In this document: positions 26,669-40,421 of the stretch, piece after piece
How positions within the stretch are numbered: position 1 is the stretch's first letter
Layout of the letters: every line of letters starts with the position of its first letter
DNA from: Octopus sinensis
Taxonomy: Eukaryota
Length of the DNA stretch: 64,000 bases
Reading direction: 5' to 3'
Assembly: GCF_006345805.1 (NCBI RefSeq)
Contig: NC_043002.1
Coordinates: 42,966,001 to 43,030,000, forward strand
Notes under the pieces: model-generated
What the model was told of the DNA's origin: nothing
The model's database searches: none
The model's input: the letters and a program-made list of their open reading frames with translations, nothing else
Translations under genes and position numbers: made by a program

Positions 26669-27084
26669 GGATCTTTTCAGTTTGAACGGCAGTTTTTTCT
26701 AGCGGTGTCATATGAAATTGTCACCTATAATTATGACCCTAGTATCGATCTTATTGCATTTCAGTCTGCTTTAGGGTTAGGGTTAGGGGGTGGGAAGGGT
26801 ATCTTTTTTTTCTTCACAAATGTAAATAAACCCAATCTGTTTCTTAAACGAGGGACAAATTCATACGGCTCAGAATGTTTTTTACCTCAATGGACGTCAT
26901 TGATTGGTTGAAATTGCAGAATTTGAAGAAAAAAACAACAAATATCTTACAAACTATAGAATTTTCTCAATAAAGCCAAGAGAAAAAGATGTTTTATAAA
27001 CACATTCTACCAGTATATGACGTTTAAAATTTTTTAGTTACCTAGAAATTATGGTTAAAACTGCCGTTCAAACCGAAAAGATCC
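26669..27084. mobile_element. MITE, Merlin-like (GG termini, 8-bp TSD)
   Basis: TIR ggatcttttc(a/g)gtttgaacggcagtttt; flanks gagtttag/gagtttat; internal (TTAGGG)3. Confidence 0.75.
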
Positions 27085-29189
27085 GAGTTTATAGTAGGAT
27101 TAACAAGGTAAGTATATCGGGTTTGTTAGAGCAAATTTTAAAAAAATAAATTGAAAAAAGTTATAAAGGACAGACGCAGGCAGACCAGAGAGCAAATCTA
27201 TCAGAGAAGGAAGGAAAAGAATTAAGTTGTTTAACCCCAGATTAACCCTGATCGAGCAGATAGACCTATGATTAAAAAACATTCCAACTGTGATCTCCGT
27301 GGAGAGTCTCATCGTGATTCGTATATGAATGATTTAAATGCGACAAATTGAGGAAAGAAAGCAAATGAAGAAGATCAAAACAGGAAGCGAAAGAGAGAGA
27401 GAGAGAGAGGTCGAGAAATGTCCTGATGAAATAGGATAAGACGTGATAAACAAAATTACACTAACATAAATCAAGATGCTAGACAAACAATTTTAAATAT
27501 GACACCGAAATATCAAATTTACAGTATATAATCTGGTATTTTTTTCCTGTCGATTTACGTATATAAAATAATGTGTACCTCCATATCCATATCCAGTTAC
27601 TTGGCCTTTCATTTAATTCATATGTAATATATAGAGTTAAGAGACTAACTTTTATTTGTTAGTTTTCTCTAGTAAGTTAGTTTTAACGCATGACCAAACT
27701 TGCCGAGCAAATGAAACGCTTTATATATTTCTTATGTATGTGTCAATACATTTCCGTGCGTACGAGTGAGCATAACAGAGATATTTGAGAGCACTAGAAG
27801 CGGAAACAAACCTCTGCATACGTCAGAAAAAAATGATTGTGCTTACAACCATAAATTTTGTAACAATGAATATATGGCGTAGTATTCAGCTTTTACTTGT
27901 AGTCTTAATTTTGAATAATTTCTTTTGTCCCTGCAGTTATCTTGCGTCTATATCAGATATATCCAATATTTCTCAAATCATACTAACAAGGGATTTGCAG
28001 AATTTGGTAAAGCTGAACTAAACTAGGAAAAAAAGTGTTGAAGGACTGAAAATGTGTCAACACAATTTGCAAAAACTTCTCTGATAAGAGACATTACTAG
28101 AGCGCTTTTGCTCTGACATCGTAGTTATTTCTCAGTTATGAGTGCTGCACTCCTTGAGCTCTTCTTGTTCACTAATACCTGTTTTCATCCATCACTATTG
28201 CCTATGTAATTTATCAACTGTTTGGTCTACTTGGCTCTCTTGAAATTTCAGGTCTCAAGAATATGTATCATTTTTTCTAAAGTTGTTGTTTAAGCAGCCC
28301 CAGTTATCAGCCCTAAGTTGACACTCTCACCATTATTCAAAGGCGTTCCAAACATGATCATCATCACTTGAATATTGCATATCTGGGCTTACATTATCCA
28401 ACGCGAGTCTCACACTATTGAAGAATTTTAGAATGTGGAATAAAAAAAATTCAGTTGCTACTTCTGGTAGATTTGAATGAGCAAGTCTTTTGATTAAACC
28501 TTCAAGCAGAACTCACTGGCATTCGTAAAAGAAAGCATATTCGATGAAAATTCTGCACCAGAGCAAAAGTGGCAGACAGTGCCTTCAAATGCAGTCACCA
28601 CATGTGGGACTGTCACTCCTGTCTGGATCTCTACATCCACACTAGATGTCAACATGGTCGAAATAAAACTCTCCAGTTACAGATCCATGGATTAACAGAT
28701 ACTACACACTTATGCTCCTTCTCTCTCATATGAGTGTGTATGTGAATGCACTCACGACAGTATCGAACATTGAGAATGGATGCTCAACACGGTATTTGGT
28801 GTAATCCAGAGAAGTGAGTGTGTGAATAAATGCGTTCGTGCGTGCGCACGTGAGAGAGAAAAGGAATGACTAAGGTGAGAATGCTTCAGCGTATTTGATG
28901 CAGTTCTCTGCGTATTTGATGCTCCGTGTTAAAATCCTATCAAAGCCCACTTACCCTTCCTTCTTCCTAGGTCAAGAAAAAGTACGAATCTAGGGAGGTA
29001 GATTGTTGGAACTGTCAAGGAGTCGGGGTGAGATGTCCTGCGCTGTCTGTTCCGGTTTTTTGTGGGTTTGATAGCAATGCCAACAAACATGCTAAATCGG
29101 TAGCCTTTCCTGTCGATAAACATCATATAGCGCGGAGAGGAGACATACATATTTCAGCAGGCGGCTGCTAGCTTTCTTTTACCCACACA

Positions 29190-29397
29190 CGAAGAGGTAC
29201 TGAAAAGTTCCTGGCTTTAAAGCTGTCGTGAAAGGGCTGGTTTGAGGCCCAGCCTTTCGAGTTCTTTGTACACGGCTTAGAAAAACTGAATGACTAGCAG
29301 TTGTCTGAAAAGGGAAATATGTTAAATAAAATAATAATTAACTGACCCTCCAGTATTTTCTTTTATATAATGCCAGGAACTTTTCGGTACCTCCTCG
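29190..29397. mobile_element. Tc1/mariner-type MITE
   Basis: TIR cgaagaggtactgaaaagttcctggc / gccaggaacttttcggtacctcctcg, followed by TA. Confidence 0.75.
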
Positions 29398-29737
29398 TAT
29401 ATCTAGCCTATGCCTGAACATCCATACAGAGAAGCATGATCGACATTCACGGGTGGAGGCCCTACATGAGGGGGCGAGTCTCGTACTCAGATCAAAGCAA
29501 GTAAGTTTAAAAAATCAAAGCCATACCTTTATTTTTTATGTTTTACTTGTTTTAGTCATTAGACTGTGGCCAAGCTGGGGTACCACCTAGAAGAATTAGT
29601 CGAATGAATCGACCCCAGTGCTTTTTTAAAAGCCTGGTACTTATTCTATCGGTCTCTTTTGCCAAAACGCTAGAATATGGGGACGTAGACAAACCAACAT
29701 CAGTTATCAATCAGTGGAGCTCGGGAACACACACACA

Positions 29738-29777
<40 letters not shown>

Positions 29778-30042
29778 GCGCGCGCGCGACGGACTTCTAG
29801 CGTTTTCGTCAACCAAATTAATCTACAAGAGATTGGTCAACCAGGGGCTACAGCAAAAGGTACTGCATTAAGGACAAAATTCGAAACCACGTATTAGCAA
29901 ATCGAGCTTATTAAACCACACAGCTATGCCTTCATTTTCCAGCAGCCTCTTATAAAAATTAGAGATATGAATATCTTGTTAGTGCATCGTGGTGCAATCC
30001 AGTTAATATAACTCAAGCATGCATTCCTGCCGGAAATACCTC

Positions 30043-30078
<36 letters not shown>

Positions 30079-30860
30079 CTATATATATAATATCTATATA
30101 TATTATATATATATATCTATATATATATATATATATATCTATATATATATCTATATATCTATATCTATATCTATCTATATCTATATCTATATATATATAT
30201 CTATATCTATATATATCTATATATATCTATATCTATATATAATATATATATATATATCTATCTATATATATCTATATATATATATATATCTATATCTATA
30301 TATATCTATATATATATATATATATCTATATATATCTATATATATATATCTATATCTATATATCTATATCTATATATCTATATCTATATATATCTATATA
30401 TATATATATATATATCTATATCTATATATATATATATCTATATATATATCTATCTATATCTATATCTATATCTATATCTATATCTATATCTATATATCTA
30501 TATCTATAATCTATATATCTATATATATATATATCTATATCTATATCTATATATCTATTATATATATCTATATATTATATCTATATATATATATCTATAT
30601 CTATATCTATCTATTTATATCTATATCTATATATATCTATCTCTATATATATCTATATCTATATATATATCTATATCTATATATATCTATTCTATATCTA
30701 TATAATCTATATCTATATCTATATCTAATCTATATCTATATATATATCTCTATATATCTATATATATATATATATATCTATATATATCTATATATATATC
30801 TATATATATCTATATCTATATATCTATATATATATATATCTATATCTATATATCTATATC

Positions 30861-30890
<30 letters not shown>
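30043..30890. repeat. Long (TA)n/(TATC)/(TATATC) microsatellite
   Basis: About 820 bp of A/T/C only after a short (TG)n. Confidence 0.97.
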
Positions 30891-30895
<5 letters not shown>

Positions 30896-32825
30896 CATGT
30901 GAGTATCCATGCATGTAAAATCAAATATGAGAAAGGAAAGAGATAAATTTTAAGATTAAAAGATTAGGAATAGTACTTTTTTTTTCTTTTTTATAAGCAC
31001 AGATCCTGAGTTTGTAGCTTGGCTCTTGTGTCAGTTCTGATGGAACAAATTTATGATCAAAAGTGTTTCGGCCGCAACTTTTCCTTTTTTGCTTTGTTTT
31101 TCATAACGAAGTTAAATCTGGCTTCGTTTTTAGCAGATCGAGTGAACACAAAGGCTCCCATCTTCAGTGACAAAGCTAGAGTGTATGCCGCCGGGGAAGC
31201 CCTTGAGTTTTCCGCCCCAGTACAGGATTATACAGCAGACCCCAAAGTGCCACACCCTAAAAGCGTCATCCGGGACGGATTCTCACGCACCTCGCTTCCC
31301 TCACTCCAGCCATGTTACTACATGTCATCGTTCCGAGAGCTAAATTGGATGATAGAAGCCCGCTTCGATGATTTTCGAGTTTTATAGTTTAAATCTGTCG
31401 TGTTAGTTTTAGATGAAAGACTGAGGAATATATTTTTAAAAAAAAGTAACTGTATTGAATATTGGTTCCACATTTTGGCACAAGACCAGTCATTTCGGGA
31501 GTGCGAGGTAAACATTTTGTACGGTGTACTAACAGTTCTGCCAGCTCACTGCCCTAGCAGTATTAAATATTAAACGAATGTTCAGCCAATCAACTCTATT
31601 CACTTACTAGTTAAAAAAAAACTGTTTTAAAATTCATAAATACGTATTTTCGATGGAAATTTTAGCCAAGAAAATCGCAGCCTACGCCAACGCAATTTCT
31701 TTTATAAGTACGAAACCAAAGAATTACTGAAAAAGAGGAAATGGAAAGCTGTAGACCTAATACCAGTCTTACAAGCGCATTAGCAACGTGAGAGAATTGA
31801 GAATTGAAACTCGATTCGATGAAAATCTTACCGCTTGCCGTGCGTACCGAAGCAGATTTTATATAGTACTTAATGTAAAAAGGCATTTGGAACACGTGTC
31901 TATCACTTCACATGCTTAAATAGTTTATGTTATCTGATAAAAATTACGTCAAATTAACTTAACAAAGATGGTGAGATAGCTGAGTCGTTAGCACACCAGA
32001 CAAAATGCTTAACAGCATTTCGTCAATCTTTGTTCTAAGTTCAAATTCCGACAAGATCGACTTTGCCTTTTATCCTTTCAGGGTCGATGAAAGAAGTACC
32101 AGTTGAGCACAGGTGTCGATGTCATCGACTAACACCCTCCCACCTTAAAAAAATATTCAGGTCTTGTACCTTAGCAAAAACGGTGACGTCCAAACACATC
32201 CATGGTATGAGATTTTGCGGCTGTCTTTCTAGATTGCCTTCAAGAACCCACAGAACACTGAGGTTAATTAAATCGTCTATATTTCCTATCTTACGACAAG
32301 AAATATAGAGAATTTAATTACTGTAAAAGCATCATATGGTGATACATTGTCAAAAGACTCAATAATAATAATTGTTTCAAAAATAGGCATATAGCCTGAG
32401 ATTTGGGAGAAAGGGTTAACTGAAACAGAGAATGGTTTCAGTACTTGATTGGTACTTTATTTTATTGGTTCCGTATTGATGAAAAGTAAAGCTGATCTCT
32501 GAGAGATTGACGTAGTGAACCGGAACAAAAACTGCAAAGCATATTTCTCGATGCTCTTACGATTCAGCCAATCCGTGCCCTCTTCAATAATAATGATAAT
32601 CCTTTAATTTATAGGCACAAAGCCTGAAATTTTGCGGGAGGGATCTAGTCGATTACATCAAATGATAATTATTCTGTCGACTCCGAAAGGATGAAAGACA
32701 AAGTCGATATCCGCGCAATTTGAACTCAGAACGTAAAGACGGACGAAATGCAGATTAGTATTTTACTCCAGCTCGCCACCATCAATAAAAATACTAAAAC
32801 TACTACTACTAATTTTTTTTTATGC

Positions 32826-33115
32826 GCCCTTTTCAAGCCTAGCCAGGCTCATGGGCCCGGTTTCTATGGCGTATGTGTTCTCCCCAGCTGGACGAGACGC
32901 CAGTCCATCGCAGCGATACTCAAGAATCAGGAAGAAAGAGTGAGAGAAGGTTGGGACGAAAGAGTACAAGGATCGCTACGACCCCCTGCCGGAGCCTCGT
33001 GGAGCTTTAGGTGTTTTTGCATAATAAACACACACAACGCCCTCGTCTGGGAATCGAAACCGCGATCCTCCGACCACAAGTCCGCTGCCCTAACCACTAG
33101 GCCATTGCGCCTCCA
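32826..33115 (-). mobile_element. tRNA-derived SINE family D
   Basis: Head tggaggcgcaatggcctagtgg...gtttcgattccc; second copy at ~13881-14070(+). Confidence 0.8.
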
Positions 33116-33948
33116 CTACTAATAATAATGTATTTAATTGGCCACTGGGATCAAAGCCAGTAGGGATAAGTACAAGGATTTCATAGAAGTAAGTTAACAG
33201 GCCCTAGAAGCAAAGTCCCTATATATGTCGTTTCATTCTTTTTGTTGAATTCTCGACGGAAGTAATGTTGTCCAACCCAAACATTACTCTCGCAAAAATC
33301 TAAAGCCTTATCTCGTATCCATTTCAGCGGAGATGAGTGGGCTCTGCGCCAGATTCCATCATCTATTAGCAGGTAAGGTAACTAATGGAATACTTGTAAT
33401 TCAAACTCTACATATCACACACATGTATGTAAACACACTTAATAAGGCTATGCGTTAAGTACCACAAGTGCGTATATATACGTACGTATGCAACGTTATG
33501 TATGCAACTATAATTCTATGAATGTGTGAGTAGGTGTTAGGGGAATATGGAAGTTTGTGCGTGTTGATTTGTATAGAACAAGAACAAAAAAAATTAATCC
33601 ATTATGTGAAAAACAATGACCTCAATAAACAACCTGGAGTATACGTCCTTGGCAAAAATTTTCTTTTCTTTGTATCTATAAATACTGCGTAAAGCAACAA
33701 AATCTGACCTCAAGCAATTAATATTTTTCTTGATCATTATATTTATTATACTTGTATAACTATATATTCTCATAATTACCGTCGGCTTCAGTGACGACTA
33801 TCCTTTTTCTATGAAGCCTATGACATTTTTTTCTTTCACTGGTTTTCTACGCTATCTGAAATATGAATGTTCTTTTAGCAAGGCTACAGACCACTGGTTG
33901 AAAGAGGTGGGGGGAGGGAGAGAGAGAAAGAGTGTGTGTGGTGTGTGT

Positions 33949-34315
33949 GGATCTTTTCCTTTTGAACGGCACATGTCAACACAATTTCTAGTTAACTAAA
34001 CACTTTTCAACTTCGTATACTGGTAGAATGTGTTTATAAAACATCATTTTTTCTTGGCTTTATTGAGAAAATTCTATATGTTGTAACATATTTCCACTTT
34101 AATTTCAAGCATTTCGGCAATTTTAACCAATCGCTGACCTCCATTTGGGGTGAAAACATTCCGTGCTGTATGAATATGTCCCTCGTTTAAGAAACAGATT
34201 GGGTTTATTTACATTTGCGAAGAAAAAAAGATACCCTTCCACCACCCCTAACCCTAAATCTAAAATAGTTAACTAGAAATTGTGTTGACATGTGCCGTTC
34301 AAAAGGAAAAGATCC
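33949..34315. mobile_element. MITE, Merlin-like, related to 26669-27084 in opposite orientation
   Basis: 50-bp perfect TIRs (33949-33998 and 34266-34315); flanks gtgtgtgt/gtgtgtgt; shares the internal block aagaaacagattgggtttatttacattt. Confidence 0.8.
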
Positions 34316-34326
34316 GTGTGTGTGTT

Positions 34327-34464
34327 TTACACTTTTACTAGAAGAGTGGGGACAGTGACTTCGATGTTTCGACCTGCTAACCTTCTTCGAACTGAAAGCT
34401 AGAAGACCGAAACTTCGAATTCACTGTCACTACTCACTCTTCCACTCTTCTAATAAAAGCGTAA
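34327..34464. repeat. Short imperfect fold-back with CGAAAC in both arms
   Basis: 34327-34372 is inverted relative to 34408-34464 (13-nt insertion in the right arm); AATAAA near the right end; no intact CTGANGA. Confidence 0.4.
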
Positions 34465-34804
34465 TGAATATGTGCTCTACAAAAAACAGTGAGTAATCCT
34501 TCAGTTTAAACTAAAATGATTTTCATTAGCGCTCGCCATGCAGCAGCGAGCTTAGCAGAATCGTTAGTACACGCAGACAAAATGCTTAGTGGCATTTCTC
34601 CCGGTCTTAACGTTCTGAGTTCAAATCAGTTTCATCCTATACAGATCTAAGAGCGTCATATTATAATGTGAGAACTTGATATTGGCAGGTAAAACATTGT
34701 TGAAGTTTGTAGCACAGTTTAAAAAGGTTACAAGACTTAGGCTTGCAACTGTCCGTTAAATCGCGTTGATATCACTAAATTCGTCTCCCACAAGTGCATC
34801 GTTA

Positions 34805-34822
34805 CGTGTGTGTGTGTGTGCA

Positions 34823-34896
<74 letters not shown>

Positions 34897-34901
34897 AGTG
34901 C

Positions 34902-34993
<92 letters not shown>

Positions 34994-34996
34994 TGC

Positions 34997-35040
<44 letters not shown>
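34805..35040. repeat. Alternating (TG)n/(TA)n blocks with block-level duplication
   Basis: (TG)n-tagtgcatat-(TA)n occurs twice. Confidence 0.95.
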
Positions 35041-35041
<1 letters not shown>

Positions 35042-35177
35042 TAAACTTCTTTCAGTCATTTGACTCCGGCCAAGCATCACCTTTAGTCGAACAAATTGAC
35101 CACAGGGCTCATTCTTTGTAAGCCTAGTACTTATTCTATCGGTGTCTTTACCGAAGTGCTAAATTACGGGGAGTAAA

Positions 35178-37300
35178 CACACCAACATCGGTTATCAAGT
35201 GATTTTGGTGGTGGTGGTGGGGCAAACACAGACAAACAAACACACATTATATATATATATATATATATATATATAGGATAGGCTTCTTTCAGTTTCCGTC
35301 TACCAAATCCACTCACAAGGCATTGATTGGACCGAGGCTATAGTAGAAGACACTTACCAAGGTGTCACGTAGTGAAACTGAACCCGGAACCATGTGGTTG
35401 GTAAGCAAGATTCTTACCACACAGCCACTCCAATTCGATCCCAGTGACTCAGCAGTCATATCTAAGATATTCGACCGAATCCCCTAGTAATTCATATTCA
35501 GATGATTTGATGTCCGGAAGCCATGTTCGTCAGAAATCACGTAGCCGATGTCTCCGACTGGTCCAACTCTTAAAAGCCACCACAAAATCGCTTTCATAGA
35601 GTGTCATTTTCGTGTCATTTGTGAAAATAGTATAGCTTGAGCGATTAAATCTTGTATTGTGGATATTTCTCCTGAATGGACTTCATCCAGATAAACAAGT
35701 CATTGTTTGCAAAGAGATGATTTTCTAAATGTTTTCAATAATAGCTTTCCCCCTCCGTTTTTTTTTTTTTTTAAAGACTCCTTTGTTAATAACGCTAGGT
35801 GTCTGGCATTTAGTGGTTTACAGAAATTATGCAGCCTACTTACTAGCCGCTGCGCAGCCCACTAATATTTCAAAAGCAGAAACATTAAAACACCAACAAA
35901 AGGAAAAGATTTCTCGAACAAAACGAGGTCAAGCATCTGTTTCTTGCGTTTTCTATTCATTTTGACAGGACACGATGAAAAAAAAAAACAAAAAAAAAAA
36001 ACTAGCCGCCGATTCAGGAATGTCCTCTAGAAGTTTTTCTTTTTTGTTTTATAACACATTTGACTGATATCGACATCAAAACAACACTATTGCACTGTGA
36101 CATTTCTACGAACTCAAAAACAGAAAAGAAAAAGAAACCCAAAACATTTGTTTTAAAGCCGCGGCTAGTTTTAAAAGTTACAACTTAGTGATCAAGTCGG
36201 TATTTTCAGAACTATGGTAGTGTTAACAGTTTGTGATGGCTATTAAGAATAGGTTAATGAATAGGTTCTCAGTAGCATAGGGATTATCACCATTTTCTGG
36301 TTTTACACACACAAACTAAGTAGTAATAAAAATAACAGGATATTTGGCTGCAATAATTAGTATACATGCAGCTTCAAAATTACCGTCATATTATGCAGCG
36401 TTTTAATTAAAAACTAGTCAACATTAATTCCAGTGAAAGTGATATTTCAAAAAGTAAAAATTCGGTCATTTCTTAGCTTAGCTTTATTGTAGCGCGCGCG
36501 TACATTGAAGCATTTCCAGAATATGCGAAAATGTTTTAAAGCTGTTATTGTCGTTTAAGTCAACACATCATCAAAATTTCAAGTGTATTAGGCTCACTAA
36601 ATCTAAACTGCTTTGTTCCCAGTATTTTTCTGAAACAAGTTACAGCTATGGTTCCTACACAGAGATCATTGAAAACCCAACATATCAATATACACCAACA
36701 TCGGTTGTCAAGCGATGGTGGAGGGACAAACACAGACACACAAACACACACATTATGGATGGATGGATGGAAGGAAGGAAGGAATAGGCTTCTTTCAGTT
36801 TCCGTCTACCAAATCCACTCACAAGGTTTTGTCGGCCCGAGGCTATAGTAGAATACACTTACCCAAAATGTCACGCATTGAAACTGAACCCGGAACCATG
36901 TGGCTGGTAAGCAAGATTCTTACCACACAGCCACTCCAATTCGATCCCAGTGACTCAGCAGTCATATCTAAGATATTCGACCGAATCCCCTTGTAATTCA
37001 TATTCAGATGATTTGATGTCTGGAAGCCATGTTCGCCAGAAATCACATAGCCGATGTCTTCGACTGGTCCAACGCTTAAAAGCCACCACAAAATCGCTTT
37101 CATAGAGTGTCATTTTCGTGTCATTTGTGAAAATAGTATAGCTTGAGCGATTAAATCTTGAATTGTAGATATTTTCTCCTGAATGGACTTCATCCAGATA
37201 AACAAGTCATTGTTTGCAAAGAGATGATTTTCTAGATGTTTACAATAATAGCTTTCCCCCTCCGTTTTTATTTAAAGACTCCTTTGTTAATAATGCTAGG
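35178..37300 (+). repeat. Local direct duplication (~35178-35799 and ~36692-37300)
   Basis: Both copies share the same truncated SINE A junction (cagccactcc|aattcg) and ~370 bp of flank ending in gctagg. Confidence 0.9.
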
Positions 37301-39698
37301 CGTCGATTACATTGTCCCTAGTATTTACTGGTACTTAATTTAATCAACCCCGAAAGGATCAAGGGCAAAGTTGACCTTGAAGGGATTTAATCTCAAAATG
37401 TAGAGCTACAAGAATTGCCGCTAAGGATTTTGCCCGACACTGAAGCAATTCCACCAGTTCGTCGCTTTGTAACATCTGAACGTATTAAAATGTAATATTT
37501 AAACAACCACAACACCCTTACGATAACACAAAGCAGTCGAAATTTTAAAGGTGGGGACGAAACATCAGTTAGTATTTGGCTGGAGATCTTTTTGGTATCA
37601 GTAATAACAATCTGTAGGGCGGTGAGCTGGCAGAATCGTCAGCATGCCATGCAAAGTGCTTGGTAGCATTTCGTCCGTCTTTACGTTCTGAGTTCAAATT
37701 CTGTCGAGGTTGACTTCGCCTTTCATCCTTTCGGGGTCGATAAAATAAGCACCAGTCAAGCACTGAGGTCGATGTAATCGACTTACCCACTTCCATGAAA
37801 TTGCAGGCCTTGTGCCAAAATTTGAAATCAATAATTATCTGTAAGACGGGGAGCTGTCAGAATCTTTAGCGTGCTGGGCAAAATTTTTCGGCATTTCGAC
37901 CGTCTTTCCGTTCCGAGTTCAAATTCCGCCGAGGTTGACTTTACCTTTCATCCTTTCAAAGTCGATAAAATAACTACCGATTGAGGACTGGGATCGAATG
38001 TTATCAACTTACCCCTCCTCCAAGTTTCCGAGCCTTGTGCCAAAATTTGAAACCAATAATAACGATCTGAATAAGTCGATGCGTGAAGGATACCAAGTTG
38101 TAGGGCTATTGCTCAAGTGTAATGGAAGTTCAGGTATCTTGATACAAACGTTCAAATCTAGGACGTCTGTCTTTTTAAATACACCTTATAATTTTTTTTA
38201 TGCAGGAAGATCGTTGATATGACGAGCAGCGAACAAGGCACTTCTTGTTTTGGCACCGTATGCAAGCGCCTAATCCTGCTAGAAAATAAATTTTTCTTTA
38301 CCGAATAATTTGTAGTAGCTTTGTCGGTTTTGAAGCACGAGGTACTCCAAAAATCTTTACCCAACTAAACGACTACGTTGACTGTGACATTGAAGCGCAG
38401 TGGTTCAACACTTGCAAGATACGCTAGTCTCTAAATGTCACTGACTGTAGGAACTTAATACTAGATTTAAACCAGCTGGTGTAGCCAGGGTTGGATGAGG
38501 CCTAGAGAGGCGATGCAGCAGTTAGGGATTAAATTCCTGGGAAATCCAACTCTGGAAAATTCTCTATTTCGAAAGCTAATCAAAGAAAAATAACAAAACG
38601 AAGAGATTTACAGAATAAATTGATGAGAAGTATTCAATAAAACTAGGGGAACAAACACTGTCGCAGAGTGAGAGAGAGAAGACTACTATCACAAAATTCT
38701 AGTGTTAAGTGAAGGCTTGCCTACTGAACAAATAAATTGTTTAAATTTTGTCTAAAACGTTTATGTATCTTCTGATTTATAGACATTCCCTCAAGTAACG
38801 TTAAAAAGCTTTTTCTTCCTCGAAAAAGTCATTACGGGAACCTTGGCTGTATAGCCCCAAAATGTTCTACGAAATACCTTTAACTCAGCACAAGTTAAAA
38901 TGATCCCATAAAATCAGTTTAACTCTGATTTTAATAGACCCCCAAAAGTGTGCAGCATTCAATAAATTTGGTTGCCGCTAGGAGTGAAAAATCTGACGCT
39001 TTGGAGACAGGTTTTCAATGAAAGAAGTTGAAAAGGTTCTGTTTCTACCGATGGAGACGCTTATACTACCCTTTGATATTGGATTTTATCCATTTTCAAT
39101 AGCTCAAAGCAAATGAATACGATGCTGCTCACTAACAGCTATGAGAAGGGGAAAGAAAAAGAACCCTCCCAAGACACAAGAAAACGCTTAGAATTGATAT
39201 GTGTTCTCAAAAATATAAGTTGATGAACGACACATGAAATCGTCAAGCTAGTTCACATCTAATGAATACACAAAAAGAAGACGAGGGGAAATAAAACGTG
39301 CAAAAGACAAAAAAGACATAAATGAAAAAAATGTTTTATGTCTATAAAACCGCGATGAATAAATCAATTTAATCAGAATATTTTAATTAGATATTCTTTT
39401 CGAAGGTAAGCCTTTTTAGGCCAAACAGTTGAATGGTAACCAGCCTGATTATGGTGTGGGAATATGTTTTAACAGCATAAGCCAGTTCTTGTTAAATGAG
39501 TTTCTTTCAGAAAATCCGCCTACTTTCTTTCATTTTCCAGCAATACAAAAGAGACATGACTATTGGACTGAAATCCCTAATGTGAACGCCGTAGCTATAA
39601 GTTCCACTATATACCCAATGTAAATACACTCAAAAACCATTCAGCTTGTGTGTTCTTATAACCAATCATGAGTATAAAATTTTCTCTTTATACTTTCC

Positions 39699-40011
39699 GT
39701 GTGTGTGTATGTGTGCGCGTCTGCCTACCTGTGTGTGTATATGTATGCGTGCGTGTATATGTATGTGTGCGCGTCTGTCTGCCTGTGTGTCTATCTGCCT
39801 GTCAGTCAGTCTGTGTGTGTTTATATCTGTGTCTGTCTGCCTGTGTGTGTGTGTGTGTGTGTGTTTATATCTGTGTGTGTGTGTGTGTGTGTCTGCCTGT
39901 GTGCGTGTGTGTGTCTGTGTATGTGTGTGTCTGTGTGTGTGTGTGTCTGTGTGTGTGTGGTGTGTGTGTGTCTGCCTGTGTGTGTGTGTGTGTTGTGTGT
40001 GTGTGTGTCTG

Positions 40012-40047
<36 letters not shown>

Positions 40048-40059
40048 TGCCTGTGTCTG

Positions 40060-40093
<34 letters not shown>

Positions 40094-40421
40094 TGTATGT
40101 GTCTGCCTGTGTGTGTGTGTGTGTGTGTGTCTGTATGTGTCTCTCAGTCTGTATGTGTCTCTCAGTCTGTCTGTGTCTCTCAGTCTGTCTGTGTCTCTCA
40201 GTCTGTCTGTGTCTCTCAGTCTGTCTGTGTCTCTCAGTCTGTCTGTGTCTCTCAGTCTGTCTGTGTCTGCTGTCTGTCTGTGTCTGCCTGTCTGTCTGTG
40301 TATGTATGTGCCCCCGACTGTGTCTGTGTGTATGTGTGAGTGTATGTGTGTGTCTCGTGAGTGTGTCTTGTGAGTGTGTGTGTGTCTTGCGTGTGCATGT
40401 CTTGTGTGTGTGTGCGTCTGT
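39699..40421. repeat. Compound (TG)n microsatellite with 18-bp minisatellite
   Basis: ctctcagtctgt(c/a)tgtgt repeated about seven times at ~40141-40267. Confidence 0.95.
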
